DNA of 64,000 bases from the human T2T-CHM13v2.0 reference genome, Homo sapiens (GCF_009914755.1 NC_060931.1); one strand, 5' to 3'; shown: positions 24,046-39,676, counted from the first letter of the stretch. Made by a program: numbers and translations. Notes: generated by a model from the sequence alone, not told the origin.

Positions 24046-26629
24046 CCAGAGCCTGACTTTTTAAAACACAAAAACAGATACGAATGGCTGCATTACCGTG
24101 CTGATTTGCCACATGGATTCTAAAAACGAAATACAGGTGGGTATTAAGCATCTCCATAGGCTATGTTCTAATATAAATAAGTTAGAAAATTTTAATATAC
24201 CAGAAATATAGGTTTCATGCCATTGGAAATTTTTGTCATTTAAAGAAGTGAGACTATTCTATCTGAGATGTTGGGACAGGGACAAATTATTCTTAAAAAA
24301 TTGCCATCTCTTGCTACTTTACAGCATATGAGGCCACAATGGTACATGGCTCTTGGCACAAGAAAAATGTGTTGAGAAAATAAAACATAGCAATAATTTC
24401 AAGGTAGTATACTCATTATTTTCCTATAATTTGAAATTTAGGTATGAGGATAAAAGGTATCATCTATGTAATCTATTTTGTCACATAAAATATTTCATTG
24501 TCCCAATTTAAAGTAATGCTTGGTAAACCTATAAAGTGGTGATAACCATTAAACTACTAAGGTTTGTAATGCAAACAGAAGGCAATAGTGTAAATCTGAG
24601 CAATAAAAGATCTTATCCTGAGAGCCTCATTGGCTATTTCAAATTAATGTTTTGCTTAAATTGCCATCCATGTTCAGTTAAACCTAGCATTTTAAATAAT
24701 TGCTATTTTGCAATTATTTTTAACATAATGTTGCTATACCCAGTCTCTTGGGTGCATGACTAATTTTCATTGTGAATGAAAGAAGGCAGCCAGCCTAATT
24801 CTTCTGAACTTACACTCTGACTAATTGTCACCAAAATTAATTTGGAGCTGATATTTCTATTACGTCAAATAATGACAAAATAATTCATTCATATATCTAT
24901 TCTGTATGTATCTATTTGGTTTATATCTATTGGTTGGAAAGTGCATATGCAAAGGTTATTTCATCAAGGGACCAACATTCAAGTAGAAGAAATAAAGCAT
25001 GGGTGAAAATAAGTTAAATATGCAGTAAAAACAAAGAGACGGAGATATTGTGTTGCAATGCAGAAGAGAGAGATACCACTTCTAGTTAGATATTTTCCAA
25101 GAAGGTTTGGCCTTAAAATAGATATGTTAATAAATTGTGAATGTGAAATAAATCTATTTTCCCAAAAATATGTCTTGTCACTATTTGACATAATAGAAAT
25201 ATGAAATGAAAATATCTATTCAGATTCGATAGCAATCAGTCAAAATGTAAATACAACATCAGGCTAAGGCCTTATTTCATTCACATTGAAATTCAATGAT
25301 TAAGTTAAGAGATGAGGCACAGCAAAAATCATATAACATATGCCTGCAAAAAGGCAATGATTAAAAACACTAGATTTGACCAAATCTAGGTAAAAATTAA
25401 ACAATAAACATGTTGCTTAGCTGTAAGGTAATGGAAGATAAAGTTGAAGAGGCAAGTTGAGATTCTCTCTTAGGTGGCAATTATTCCCAAATAAATGACA
25501 CTTATTGCCATAACTAGACATTTTGTAGAAGAAACTGTAATCCAGTGAAGGTTTCTGTAAAGGAGTAAAATCTGCTTCTTTAAGATCAGGCCGGCAGAAT
25601 GTGGTTACCTACCTATGTTGGTAAAAATTAAATCTAGAGGCAGAAAGAAACTATTAGAGGAAATGGAAAGGATGGAATGAATACAACAAGATTATCTGAG
25701 GAATTTAGTTTGAAACATAAGGAATTTGATAAATTATAAGCCACAAAAGAGTATGTTTTTCAACAATCAGAAATGCTAAACTGGTGGTCTCATATGTGTC
25801 TCTTCTCTTTTCTGCAGCCCTAGAACCAAAAATAAAATGTCAACAAATTCAGCAAGCAGAGGAAGTTATAATGTCAATAAGAGTTGAAAGAGAACAAAGC
25901 CCTAGAGTAACACCAAAAATTTTACATTTCTTTAGATATATAAATTCAAATTTTGTTTATTAAGGGGGAGCATAGGAGTATCATTGGAGGAAAATACAGA
26001 ATCTAGGTAAAATACAAAGAGGAAATGAGAAAAGAAAAATTGATCAGGTTTTTCACAGTGAGTAAAAAGAAATAACAGTAAATTTCCAAGAAAGTTTATT
26101 TTGGACAATATGGGTCATCATCATTATCATATCATCATCAATTATAAACAAACTGACCAGAAAAATTTGCTTCTCCCAAAATTTTGGAAATACTCTATAA
26201 CCTAAACATCTGTAGGTCACAATTTTTTTTCATTCTTTAACAAAAATAATCCAAAGATTTTTGTATCAGTGTATTCAGGAATTTAATTAAGAAATATTGT
26301 ATTTATAGTTCCAAAAGATGTTATCTATACTCTTAGTTCCTAAATAGCCACACCATGACATTTTCATATTGTTTCTGGTCCAGTAGCAACCTGGAAATCA
26401 ATTAAACAAAATTATTTCACTTACGTAACAACTCAATGTATCAATGCCATGTATGACTTTTACTTGCTGAAAAGATTTAGCCAGATATAGCATTAACTCT
26501 TCCTGGAACAGTTAGAATTGTGATACGCATGATTATTCATATTTTGCCTTAAGGTTAAGTATCAAATGAGTTATAGTTTTATCTTTGAAATATCTTCTTA
26601 TAAATATAGTAAGACAACCAGCAGTTTTA

Positions 26630-26987
26630 TGTGTATGTGTGTGTGTATATATATGTGTGTGTGTGTATACATCTGTAATACACACACATAAAACTGCTGG
26701 TGGTCTATTATATCAAATTTTATATATATAATAAAATTTCATTCTATATGTGTATAGATATAGATCTATCTATATAATCATATAATATATATCATGTTAT
26801 ATAATATATAATATATAATATATATGATATGATATATGATATCGTATAGATATATATGATAAAATTTCATTTTAAGGTGCTGTTTGCAACATTTCTCCAA
26901 TTCAAATTTGTTTATTACTTTTAATGGAAAAAGTAATGGAAAAAGCCACAATTACTTTTGTACCAACCATATATATATATATATATA
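26630..26987. repeat. (TG)n/(TA)n low-complexity region with a partial MADE1 mariner MITE at about 26914-26969
   Basis: attacttttaatgg...aagccacaattacttttgtaccaacc matches one MADE1 half; flanking TA runs. Confidence 0.65.
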
Positions 26988-29331
26988 TGTACTGAGAACA
27001 TCTCTATTGTATTACTGAGTTTACTACATAAAAAATTACAAAATATAGATGCTTAAGGAGGCTTTAAAAAAACATGCTAATCATCCTTGTGGATGCTTTA
27101 AGACTGCTTCCATTTTTTTTCCGGTGATTTTTAAATATATTTTGACTATGCTATTATAAGTATCATCTAATGGTATAAAGCAATAAAAGTTTATGTTTCA
27201 TCTATGTTATCATTAAATATAAACAAACTCAGAGGCCTCCAAATTATGAGACCAATCACCGTTTATTCAGTGCTATAACATTAATAATCAGGGTATCAAA
27301 ATTCATCTCTAAGTAGGAAACATTCTGACAAGTAGAATATGTAAAATAACACCATACTGATCAGAAAATACTCAAATTTATTCAATTGTCAGCTAGTACA
27401 TGTTAATAAAACACATTTATTTTAACATCAATTCACGAGAGCTTGTTCAAAACAAAACAGTGTTCAAAAAATCCATTCATCTTAAGAAGGAAAGTAGAAA
27501 ATGAAGGCAATAAAAACCCAGAGAAGGGATGCTACTGTGCCACTCAGCATTTTTCCATCAATAAGCAATTTGCTTTATATAACATTTCAGCTGTAACTAT
27601 AGCAACAATCCCATTAAGGAGAATCTCAGAACTTCAGGGCTGCCTATTTATTTTTCTAAGGATCTTTTCCAAAGCATAATAGTAAGACTTGCAGCAGGTT
27701 GAACAGGTTGAAAGTTTGCTTTTAGACTTAAAATGGTAAGGAAATGGTGGTCACAAAACCTACGTGAACATTCATATTTGTGTTGGAGAAATCTTCCAAA
27801 CACTACCTTAAAATTAAATTTCATTAAAGGTCAAGTGAAGTGATTAGGAAGCTTGTATCATTTCCACCCATAGAAGTATGTAGTCAAAGACTGGGTAGGT
27901 CATGTCTCAAAATTCTGTAAAGAAATCCAAGCAATCAAGGAGATTGGTACTATTACATCAAGTTCCCTGCCCACTATGAAGCTTTTGACTCAACACAAAT
28001 TTTACACTGGTTTTCGTTTATCTATTTATTTGCTTATCATTTGGGGTAAAATTTAAAAAGAGAAATAATTACAGTAATAAACTGCTTAGAATTCTCCTTT
28101 TTACTTATTGACAAATACACCAATTGGGGAGCAATGTTACCCGTAACTTGTCATTTTTATCAATGTTATTTACAATCTCGGCAATATGGTGTTCTATTCA
28201 ACTCAGATCCACGCATTTTTACAATTCAATGTGACATTCTGATAATTTTTTTTTTAGTTATAAATTCATTCCCTTTATGACATCTACAAAAGGGAGAAGG
28301 ATTGAATTCACAGTTGACACATTCTTTTTCCAGACTACACAATCGATTGTTCAGACTACAAGATCAGGACATTAGAAATCTATAATCAGTCCTGAGACTG
28401 CAGTTTATAAGTATGCATAATGATGAATTTGAGATACTTCTATGCTTACTCCGTCCCTTCAAAAAATAAATGAAATGTGTGTCAGGTCCTTTTATCATTA
28501 TATTCTTTTACCGAGGCTGTGCAGCTTCATTCATATTTTGTTTCTTTTAAAACCACTGACACCAGAATAATTCATGTTCAAAATACATAATTGAATGATT
28601 GAGGTTCTTCCTCATATATAGACATAAGATTATATCAAATTATATTAGAACATAAATATGTATATGAATACAGTGTTGAGAAATAAAAATAGTCAACATA
28701 AAATACTAATTTCCAGTTGAATTGCTGAATTGAAGAATATAAATACAACCTAATACAATACAGGTACTGTTAGAAACTTGTACTAGAGTTATCATTCCTA
28801 GGTAAAAGGTGATTAGTGGTCATGCCTACCCATCTCTTACCTGCATGCTTATTTCTGCAAGACCTCACACTTCTGTATAACAAATGAAGTCTCTTTGTTT
28901 CCCTCATTAGAAACTTGCATTCAGCAGAAGGCAGATTAAAAAAAAAAAACTTGCAATGTAGGTTTCTGTATAATGTAAAATACATTAACAGATATTTCCA
29001 TAAATAGCAACATGCCAACTAAAATTATGTATATTACAACCAGATATTAAAACTGTGTGTAGAATATGATTTCATACTCTTGATTGATACTCTTTTTGTG
29101 TTAATTTTTACTAAACCAGAACCATGATTCTGGTTGCTTTCTTATCAAAATTCATATACTTTTTTCTGAAACTAATGATCTCTGAATTTTCGATGTTTTC
29201 AATACTATTACATAAATAACACATAAATGAAAACTTGCTCTAATTTAAATATCTGTGAATTATTACATTAACACAATTTTAACAGATCTGAAGAAAATCA
29301 TATGCTTAGTTTTCTTTTACAAGATATATAT

Positions 29332-29576
29332 GGCTGGGTGCAGTGGCTCACATCTGTAATCCTAGCACTTTGGGAGACCGAGGTGGGTAGATCTCTTGAG
29401 GTCAGGAGTTTGAGACCAGCCTGGCCAAAATGGTGAAACCCCATTTCTACTGAATGTACAAAATTAGCCAGGTGTGGTGATGGGCACCTGTAATCTCAGC
29501 TACTTAGGAGGTTGAGGCAGGAGAATCATTTGAACCCAGGAGCTGGAGGTGGCAGTGAGTTGAGATCACGCCACTG
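29332..29576 (+). mobile_element. AluS, 3'-truncated (no tail)
   Basis: ggctgggtgcagtggctcac start; stops at gagatcacgccactg. Confidence 0.9.
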
Positions 29577-30002
29577 TGTGATTCTCAACTGAGTAGACTA
29601 CCTGATCTGAGTTTAATCAGAGTTATTAGATTAACTGATCATCTACCAGTGTGTGTATAAAGGACAACTCCAAAGGCACAGCTGATTTCTCACTGGTAAC
29701 CAATGATGCGCTAAACTTATGGGTAATCATACAACTTAATGCATTGATTTTAGCTAACTTTAGCGGAAATATAAGACTTAGAAGAAAGGCTTATCTATGG
29801 GTTCATAGCATTTTTTGTGATTAATTTTTCTAGTGTACTAGGTTTTAGGCTGATAGCTATTTATGTATTATAAGTGTGGTATAAAAATAATCAATAGTTT
29901 TAAAAATATATCATTTATGTTTTATGTGCGTCAAGTTAATTTTTAAAATGTAATCAGTTCTCATCCCTCTGCTCTTATAGAGGTGTATTTTGGTATATCT
30001 TT

Positions 30003-30303
<301 letters not shown>

Positions 30304-30809
30304 GGTATATCTTTATTATAAAATCTGTATACTGATTTTGCATGTGTGAATAATTACATCAAAGCAAAAAAACTTAGACTTAAGCCTAAGTTAGTCACTA
30401 GTCAGCACTACAAGCAATGAAAAATTGAATTTTAAAACAAAATTTATTTAAAAGATCTAAAGCACTTCATTATAGGGAAATTTTATGTTTGTTAAGATTA
30501 CAAAGAAATATGCATTTGGAAGACAGATCATTTAAAACACACTGCAGCCAAATGAAATTTGTAGAACATGTTACAAGATAAAAATCAATCCCCTCACTTA
30601 TAAATTTAAGCCTCATTCTGGATATAATATTTAAAGACAGAATAATTTCACAGACTAGGGAGTCTGAAATGCATAGAAGGTGGGTCACACTAGACTGTCT
30701 AGATAATGCAGAATGGATACTGGTGGTGGGAGAGATTGGTTAGGTGTTAAGCCCTCCTGTGATGTGGTAGAACACAGTGCAATACTGTAAGCTCTTCTTG
30801 CAGGGAAGA

Positions 30810-31732
30810 ATCAGTATATCGATTCTGCAGGGTGTAAACTTGTCTAGGTTGAACTATGTTTCCCAGAATCATTTGCCCTAAATGTTTCCCGTTACAGTGT
30901 ACAGTATTGTTTGGCTCTGTGTCCCCACCAAATCTCATTGTAAAATGTAATCCCCACGTGTGGAGGGAGGGACTTGGTGGGAAGTGATTGGATTATGGGG
31001 GCAGTTTCCCCTATGCTGTTCTCATGATAGTGAGGAAGTTCTCATGAGACCTGATGGTTTAAAAGTGGCAGTTTCCCCTGCACTTTCTCTCTCCTACCAC
31101 CTTGTGAAGAAGGTACTAAATTCTCCTTTGCCTTCTGCCATGACCGTAAGTTTCCTGAGGCATTCCCAGGCATGCGGAACTGTGAGTCAATTAAACTTCT
31201 TTGTTTTATAAATTACACAGCCTCAGGCAGTTCTTCATAGCAGTGTGAAACTGTCTAATACAGTTTATCACAGGAAATATTTTGTATGGGATTTGGCAGG
31301 TAGTAGAAGCAAAGCAGTAGCCATACTGGGTTTTGTATACCCAGAGAATCTGAGCAGGGTCACTAGGTGCTGTTAAAGGTTACCCATGTTGTCAATTATT
31401 GTTTGGCTTGGGATAGGAAGCAGGAATGCAGCTAATCTATTTTCCTCTAGATTCTCCTTCAGCTTGTCCATAGGCATTTAGCTTGGAGTTCAGTGAGAAG
31501 GGACAGGCATTCTGACCTGTCCTCATGGGTTCCAGCTTGTCCATCCTCTCCCCTACTTTAAATTCTTTCCTTCCTCTGCCTGCCCTTCAGACTTAAGCTC
31601 CAGCAATCTTCAGCAATCACTTAACCAGCTTTCACAACTGTGTATGAACAAATCTCTATACCAAATCTCTTATTATATATATTTTAAACTTCCTAATCAT
31701 TCTGCTTTTCTGATTAAAATCTAAGTGATACA
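30810..31732 (+). mobile_element. Old ERVL-type LTR (LTR41/MLT2-like) interrupted by a THE1 LTR
   Basis: aacttgtctaggttgaactatgtttcccagaat near the start; ttctgcttttctgattaaaatctaagtgataca terminus; family uncertain. Confidence 0.45.
30903..31262 (+). mobile_element. THE1 (THE1C/D-like) MaLR solo LTR
   Basis: tttggctctgtgtccccacc.aaatctcat...ggaactgtgagtcaattaaac...gcagtgtgaaa...ctaataca. Confidence 0.88.
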
Positions 31733-31989
31733 GTCAGGCTGAGTCAACTTGTTATTCAAGGGATGATAATTTTTTACACTTTTATCCATGATTGTTGGTG
31801 TGTATGCAAAGTAATTCTAACAAACTATTTTGGATATTAACTTGCATGACCAAGAAAGTGCATTTTACTGGAATTTAAGAGAAATAAGAACTGTTTCAAT
31901 CAGTGTAACATGCATAAATAGTCACTTCAAAGGTTTAGTTTCTAAAAAAAAAATATGGTGAGCTATTTCAGTCATCAACATAATTTGTG

Positions 31990-32285
31990 ACATGTCAGAT
32001 GACTGGTATGTTAATTAGCCTGATTTGATCATTCCACAATGTTCACATCTATTGAAACATCATATTGTACCACATAAACATATACAATTATAATTGTTTA
32101 TTTTTTCTTTTTGAAACATTTTTATCATTTTTGTAGAGATAGGATCTCGCTACGTTGCCTGGTCTCAAACTCCTGGGCCCAAGCCATCTTCCAGCATTTG
32201 CCTCCCAAAGTTCTGGGATTACAGGTATGAGCCACCACACTTGGACTAAAATTATTATTTGTAAATTAGATATAAAATAAAAATT
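31990..32285 (+). mobile_element. L1M 3' end interrupted by an Alu monomer
   Basis: tatgttaattagcctgatttgatcattccacaatg...acatcatattgtaccacataaacatatacaatt. Confidence 0.6.
32128..32245 (-). mobile_element. FLAM/AluJ left monomer
   Basis: tttgtagagataggatctcgctacgttgcc...ctcctgggcccaagccatc...gggattacaggtatgagccacc. Confidence 0.75.
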
Positions 32286-32605
32286 CGAAAAAATTTTTAA
32301 AGGAGTGTATATTTACACTCACCCACTATCCACTGAAGAAACAGAACAGTGCCAATATTATCTAATACATTGGTTTGACACACCCAGGTCCTGTTTTCAA
32401 TAACATCCTATTATATATCCTCCAAGAATAACCACTATTTTAATTTTTGTTTTGTTAGATCTTTGTTCCTTGATATGGTTTTAATACTACACACTTTTTT
32501 ATATTATTTACTTTTGTATATTTTTGAACAATATATGAATAGTTCTGTGCTTTTTTTTTCCTTTTTCTGTTTTTTCAGTAAACTGCCTGAGTGCAAAATT
32601 CATCT

Positions 32606-32989
<384 letters not shown>

Positions 32990-34062
32990 TGAACACCCAT
33001 GAGCCATTGATCCAATTAAAGAAATGAAATATGACCATTACTTTTGAAGCTTCTTTCAAACTCATTTCTTTATATCCTCCTTTGAGTTAACTACTGTCCT
33101 AAGTATTATGTTTATCATTATGACACTAAGGGGCTTATTTTTGGCCTGTGTGTTTGGATACCTTAGTCTTTTGTTTCCCTGTGATTTTGGAGTCAGAGTT
33201 GCAGAGTATCATTTTTCATATATATCTTTTAAAATCAAAGTATTTCCTAAAATTAAAGTTTTAGTACCATTTGCAAGGTATTGCTAATAATAGATAAACA
33301 TAAATATATAAGACCATAGCTAGAAATAGGTATTATGAGAAATGAGAGTTCATGACTCACCTGTCATTTTTTTTTTAATATTAGAGAGACCCCCACCCCC
33401 CCGGCAAAAACTCTGTATGAAACTCAGGTTATGAGCCACCAATGTATACTCTCTTCACCAGGAAAGTTTTAAATTAAAAAAAAATGTTGTAAAGATCCTA
33501 CAATCTGGGCAATTACAGATTGCTCAATTAATATGGGGCTAATTGTTAAAAAAATATGATTATTAAATATTCAAACAGGAAGATACAAATTTGTAAAAAT
33601 TTGGAGAGTCCATTTTTAAAAATTCTCCTGTTCTGTTTGACATCCAATGGCTAATCAGTATTAAGAAATCTTTGTGAGACTCTGAAGTTGTTTAAATCCA
33701 TTCATAAGATAATTATTACACAATTTCTATGATATTCCTATTGTTCTAAGTGCTATATATAATTTTTGCTCTTAGAAGAATCAAAGTAATTATATAGGAA
33801 CTAGCAAAAATACGATGAATATATATTCATATGTATTATATGCATGAATATACAACATATACATACATATTCATGTCTACATCCTCATTTAGTCAAATAA
33901 TGCAGTTAAGGTAAGAATGATCAAATCAGAATCAGGAATAGAGCAACTAATTGGCTGAAGTCACCAGGGAAACCTTAATAAAGTGAAATTTATTATGAGC
34001 TGTGGCAGACCAATTGGATTTGGAAAACAAAGAAAAATGAACCAAAGCTCCAGGAACAAGAA

Positions 34063-34064
34063 AC

Positions 34065-34120
<56 letters not shown>
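34063..34120. repeat. (CA)n microsatellite, one interruption
   Basis: Direct reading. Confidence 0.95.
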
Positions 34121-34122
<2 letters not shown>

Positions 34123-36089
34123 CACAAAATGAGTATCTTTCTTGGTCTAGGATAATAGAAACAAGTAAAAAGCTAGGTGGAGAATGAAAACAATGTATAA
34201 TTCATATGCAAAAGATAAATATCAGTTATAGAATTTAGGCTGAAGTTGGCAGGGATAGAAAAAAGTCCAATTTTAAGTCAATATTTAAGAAGGACTTAGC
34301 TCTTCAGTTAAGGCATGATTGTTGGCATCTGTTTTAAAGTTACTCATTTATAGAAGTTATTCCTTTTCCTGTAACTGTTTATAGACTTCAGAATCCTAAG
34401 TCTCATATATTGAGGTTGAACTTGGTTTGTGTTTCTTCAAAAACATATAAATAAATAAATAATCTAGAAGTACTGCCTGTCCATGGTAAAAATTTGAAAA
34501 ATTTGAAACGATCATGGAAAATTATATTGAATATTCTGATGTCGTTAAATTTGAAAACATGATTTTTATTGATGACATAATAACCAACCATATGGATGCA
34601 TTTTATTTAATGATTCTTCAGTTAGAAGAATATTGTAAATACAGCTATACAAACATACATCAAAATGTAAATTCAGAGAAGCAGTAAGAGGTTTAAAGTA
34701 GTTTTTTGATGCATAAATAAAATATTTACTATTTGCTTTGCTACCTGGTTCCTAACAGTATGCCAAAAATGTGTATTATACATTCTAAACATTCAGAATC
34801 CAATCTTTCACTCAGCATATTTGCTGGCATTTTGTTTCTATCAGCAAACAGGTAGATACAGCCATATAAGGCTGAAGACTTATTGGCCATTGAAGCAATC
34901 TGAGAAAGTATAGATATTTTAAATAGATTTAACTTTCACATGTGTTGTTTGTCTCCAGTCTTAGCCAGTAAGGATGGGAAGTAGTGATTTGGAACTGAGA
35001 AAGGGAAACTGAATAATATGGAAAGTCACACTGGCAAAAATACTGTGTGTTAGGCAGCAAATACATTACCATTAGTAATTCTAAAACTACAGTATAGTTT
35101 AATGGACACATAACAACCAAAAGTGAATACTAGTTCACATAAACCCAACTTTGAATAAAGGGCCTAAGTTCAATTAATTTCTTTAAATGCTAAAGAACAA
35201 GAGATATTTACTGATGGATCCTAACAACCAGGTCCCAAGCCTCACATCCTTACAACTGTCATTCTCTAGAAAGACCACTGAGACTAACCCTAGAACATAG
35301 TCCATTCTGTTTGCCTCAGTCACCTGAAGATACTTGAGACATCCCAATCAACCCTCATTACCTAGACTCTCCCTCTCCCCACATCCTCACACCTGCTCAG
35401 TGTTTCCTGAAAAGTGAGGATGTGGGGCCTGGAATGAGTCAGGGGAGAAGAGAAGGAGCCGAGAGAGAGAAAGAGGAAAGTCTTGACAGAAACATGTGGA
35501 ATGCTTTATTTTCACACCTGTCCATATTGCTGTCAGCACCATTGCAGGAGTGGTGTCACCGGGAATACATGGTGCTCTGAAGCTCCCGGAACATATGAGA
35601 TAAAATTGCTCCATGGGGGAAGTCAGCTGGAGTCTCACTGCCTGAAACGTTCAGCTGAGTCAAATAAAGATTTTTGAGTTAGAAAGTGGCATGATTGAGC
35701 CTGTCATCTTGGAAAGAATATGATAAAGAAATGTACCCTAAAGAAAATTGACAGTGCTTTCCAAGCCTTTGATTGTGCTCAGTGGGCTTGGCTGAAAAAT
35801 AGAATTTAAAATAGAATTCCCATTTTTAACACATAGCTGGTTTCCATTTAGCATGGAACTTCCTCCCTAGGCTACTTGCATTTGAAGAGGATAAGTTTAC
35901 CCTGAAGGAATGACAGATGCACTGTGGAGGTTACAAGCTTGTATAGATGACTATGGCAGCAGCAGCAGAACTGAATGAGGGAACTGACATTGCCAAGAAA
36001 AAAAATGTCCTGATTTATAGAGAATGTGATGATTTACAAATAGAGGAGGAACAGGTTCTGGGGGGAAGGCTAGAATATGTTGAGCATCA

Positions 36090-36250
36090 GACCCTGTAGA
36101 TGTGCTTATCTTATTGAATCCTCACAACAATCCCAGGAGTTTCTATAATTATGTTCAATACACAGATGAAAAAATTCAAACATAGAAATTAAAAAGTAAT
36201 ATTCTGCTCAATAGCCAAAGCTAGTAAGCAGATCTCAGAGATGAGTCTAT
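36090..36250 (-). mobile_element. MIR fragment
   Basis: tcttattgaatcctcacaacaatccc...acagatgaaaaaattcaa. Confidence 0.55.
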
Positions 36251-36258
36251 AGTTAAAG

Positions 36259-36320
36259 ACCTATGTAATAAAACTGCATGTTCTGCACATGTACCCAAGA
36301 ACTTAAAGTATAATAAAAAA
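36259..36320 (+). mobile_element. Extreme 3' end of L1PA (about 60 nt)
   Basis: acctatgtaataaaactgcatgttctgcacatgtacccaagaacttaaagtataataaaaaa. Confidence 0.8.
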
Positions 36321-39300
36321 TAATATTTCTCCACTGAATCATAATAAATAGTTGTGTTAAAAAAGAGTATAGGCAACAGATTAACTTCATTATGAACATA
36401 CTTCGTAACTATAGGGTACTATTCTGGGGGTGGGAGGGACATATAATGATAAACTCACCTGACCATTAAAAAAAAAAAAGATTCAGATCTTAAAGAATAC
36501 AGAGGGTACTTAGGCCAGAGTTAGAGGTAGAATTACCCAGAGATTATATGCAAAAGAAGAGAACAGCAGGCAGATCTTGAAGAATAGATTCATTCAATAA
36601 GAAACCAGCAAAGCATATTAAACAGGATCATTCAAAAAGTGTAAGGAAAACCAGTAGTTTTTAGTAAATCTGAGTGAAGAAAGATCAGAATTTCAAGAAA
36701 GTGACAGGCGATATCACCAAATATAGTAATGAGACTAAATGACATATGTCAAAAAGGTTGGCAGATGTCTCTTTCTATAATGGAACTGAGTACTCTAAAA
36801 ATTAATATTTCTTTCTTAATCCTTAATTTTGTTTCTGTCACCTTTGCAATAATTGTTTCAACTTTTCTCAGGTAGTCTGCATAATTGGCTATAAGAATTG
36901 TTTTACTTGTATTTAGGTATGTGCCTATACTTAAAAAAAGGAGTTATGATGGATATTACATTGCTTCATCTTTACGTAATAAGAATAAGCATCTAAGCAC
37001 GTAAATGAAAAGAAGTCCTAGAATTAAACTCAAGCTTCATGTTACAATATTGCCTTGAACAGCATTGGATTCTGAAGTAGAAGTTTATTTGTAGGTGTCA
37101 TTTTTTTTCCTAATAGAATATTAAATAATCAGACCATACAGACTAGTTATTGTAGAATGTGGCTTAATACTTATACCTACCTTTCTTCTTCTCCGGTTTT
37201 TAAAATGGAAACATTGGTTAAAAGTAAGCAAGCCATGAGAATGTCCTGTGTGCTCTGTATGTTAATGCATATGTAGAAACTACTGCAGGAATCTTTATTC
37301 CTGAAGAAGCTACTGAAACATCACACTGTATAATTCATTCAATTAATTCATTATTCCACATATTTTCACCAGATATTGTATTGCGTTATGTTAATAGAGA
37401 TTAGAAGCATGGTTGCTTATCACAGCAACCCCAAGGCCTAGCAGAGAAAAAGAAAATATGAATTGTCTCACTATATTTATAATAAAAGTTAGCAGAAAAT
37501 GCTCTGCAAACTCAATGAAGATCCAACTCATATAGAGTGGGGGATGAGACTCAGGGAAGGCTTTTCAGAAGCAAGTGACAACTGAGTTGATCCACGAAGA
37601 ATCAGTGTTAACCAGTCAAAGCAGAGCATGCTAAACTGAAGGCAAGTTTGACGGGGTATTTACTATAACCACAGGAAAATGTGCACAGAAGCGGGGTCAT
37701 GACTGAAACATCAGAGAAGGCTCAATAAGCAAGCCTTTGCTCTCCCTCATCTCCTAGAATAGTCTCTTTATTTTGTGATTCAAGATAAAAAACAGACCTT
37801 TAGATATTAAAACTTAATATTGATTTTTTTAAAAGCAAACACAAATTTTACATTTAGATTTAAATGTCAAATATAAATGTATATTGAATAATTATTAAGG
37901 TAGACTGGCTATTTAGCATTAAGACATGCATTACTTTTATGGTAAAATTAATACTGTCTAATATATGCGTAACATTTTGGTCATATTTTAATATAATTTG
38001 ATATTACTGATATTCTGGTACAATCTATGAAATTCAGAATATTTACTGTCTGCATTGTCCCAGGGTTAGGATTTACAATTAACCTTTATGCTCCCATAGT
38101 GAGGTGCTCAGATATAAAATGTTAATGAAATAATAGAATTTTAAATGTAATTTTATTTTATATAAAGTTTTTATCTATATTTTAATTTTCTCACCTGTGA
38201 TTGGGAAAATTAAATTAACACCTACTCTAATAACACTGATGTATTATGAAAAATAATGAGGTAAAAGTTACCTAGTAAACTGTAAAGCAGTCTATAAATT
38301 TAAGATATTTTAAAATTGCTTTTATTTATATTTTTAAAACATGATCTTAAATGGGCTCATAATTACTCTTTATTCACATTGAGTACAAAAAATTGCCTTT
38401 TATAAATATATAATTTATTAATCAAAATATCATTTTATATTCACTCTATATTGTTAAGTTTTAAGGCAATCAATCCTAAAACTATTTTTTAATTTTTTTG
38501 GTTTAACCTATACTTATAATTAGCACTCTATCCAGTTTTGAAAAACTATCTTTCTATGACAATTAACCAATGTGTAAGGTTCTAAAAAATATATATGTTC
38601 CCTCTGGCTTTATTTAATAAAATATACTTCATAATAAACAATATTATAGCTAATGTTTAATTTATTAAAATACTTATTGCACATTCTATTTAATTTGTTA
38701 AGAATTAGAAATTTGGGAAAAGGAATGTTATAAATGTTAACATTTTATTAAATAATATACAAATGGCCTTAGCAAAAATATTACAGATCTAGCTAAAATT
38801 ATATTTTATAATTAGCCAAAATGGTAAGTTTTTATATTTATTTATATTTATATATGTATATATTATATAGTTATTTAAAACATGAGTTTATAAAATGTAT
38901 CATCATGTTAGCAGGTGGGAATGAAGTCTTGGACAAGGCACAAAAATGAAAGAAGAAAACGGTATTTCTAAGGACATAATCAATGCTTAATTCAAAAGAA
39001 TCATTTTTTCCAAATGTATTTGAGTTATATGTTCTTTTACATTCTGTGTGAAAGTCAGGATAATCTCACTGCAGCAATTCTAAGAACAAGTGAAGATGTT
39101 ATCATCCTAGACTGAATAGGGCTAACCTCAAAACATGAATATATTCTGGCAGTTAGTAGGAAAATAAATTAGAAAAACTGACACCTTGAGAAAGAGCTGA
39201 ATTCAGCTTCATTTGACACTCTGTTGGGACTTAACTATATTAAAAAAATGCTGTTAGATTCAAATCCTAGCTAGGAGAAAAAAATGTTGCCTTTTAGAAT

Positions 39301-39628
39301 AATTTTTCATCTATAATCATAATATCTAACTATGGTTATAACAAATACAGACAATTTAGTTATGTGAAGAAATTAATTTCAATACTTAACTAATCAAGTC
39401 ATTTCAAAGGTGGACTCTTAATGTGAAAAATTTTCTTTCACTTTCCAAGAGTTACCTACTTTTATGGTACCCTTCTCAAATATTAAGATTCCAAGGAACA
39501 TATTTGTTTTAATTATTCAATCATTACCTCTCATTAACAATTATTATCTTGAATTATTACAAAACAGATTTTAATTCTCTTATGGTATTGTCAAAACTGT
39601 CTATTCACCTTAGTTTATTTCAAATGTG

Positions 39629-39633
<5 letters not shown>

Positions 39634-39676
<43 letters not shown>
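39634..39676. repeat. (TG)n microsatellite
   Basis: Direct reading. Confidence 0.95.
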
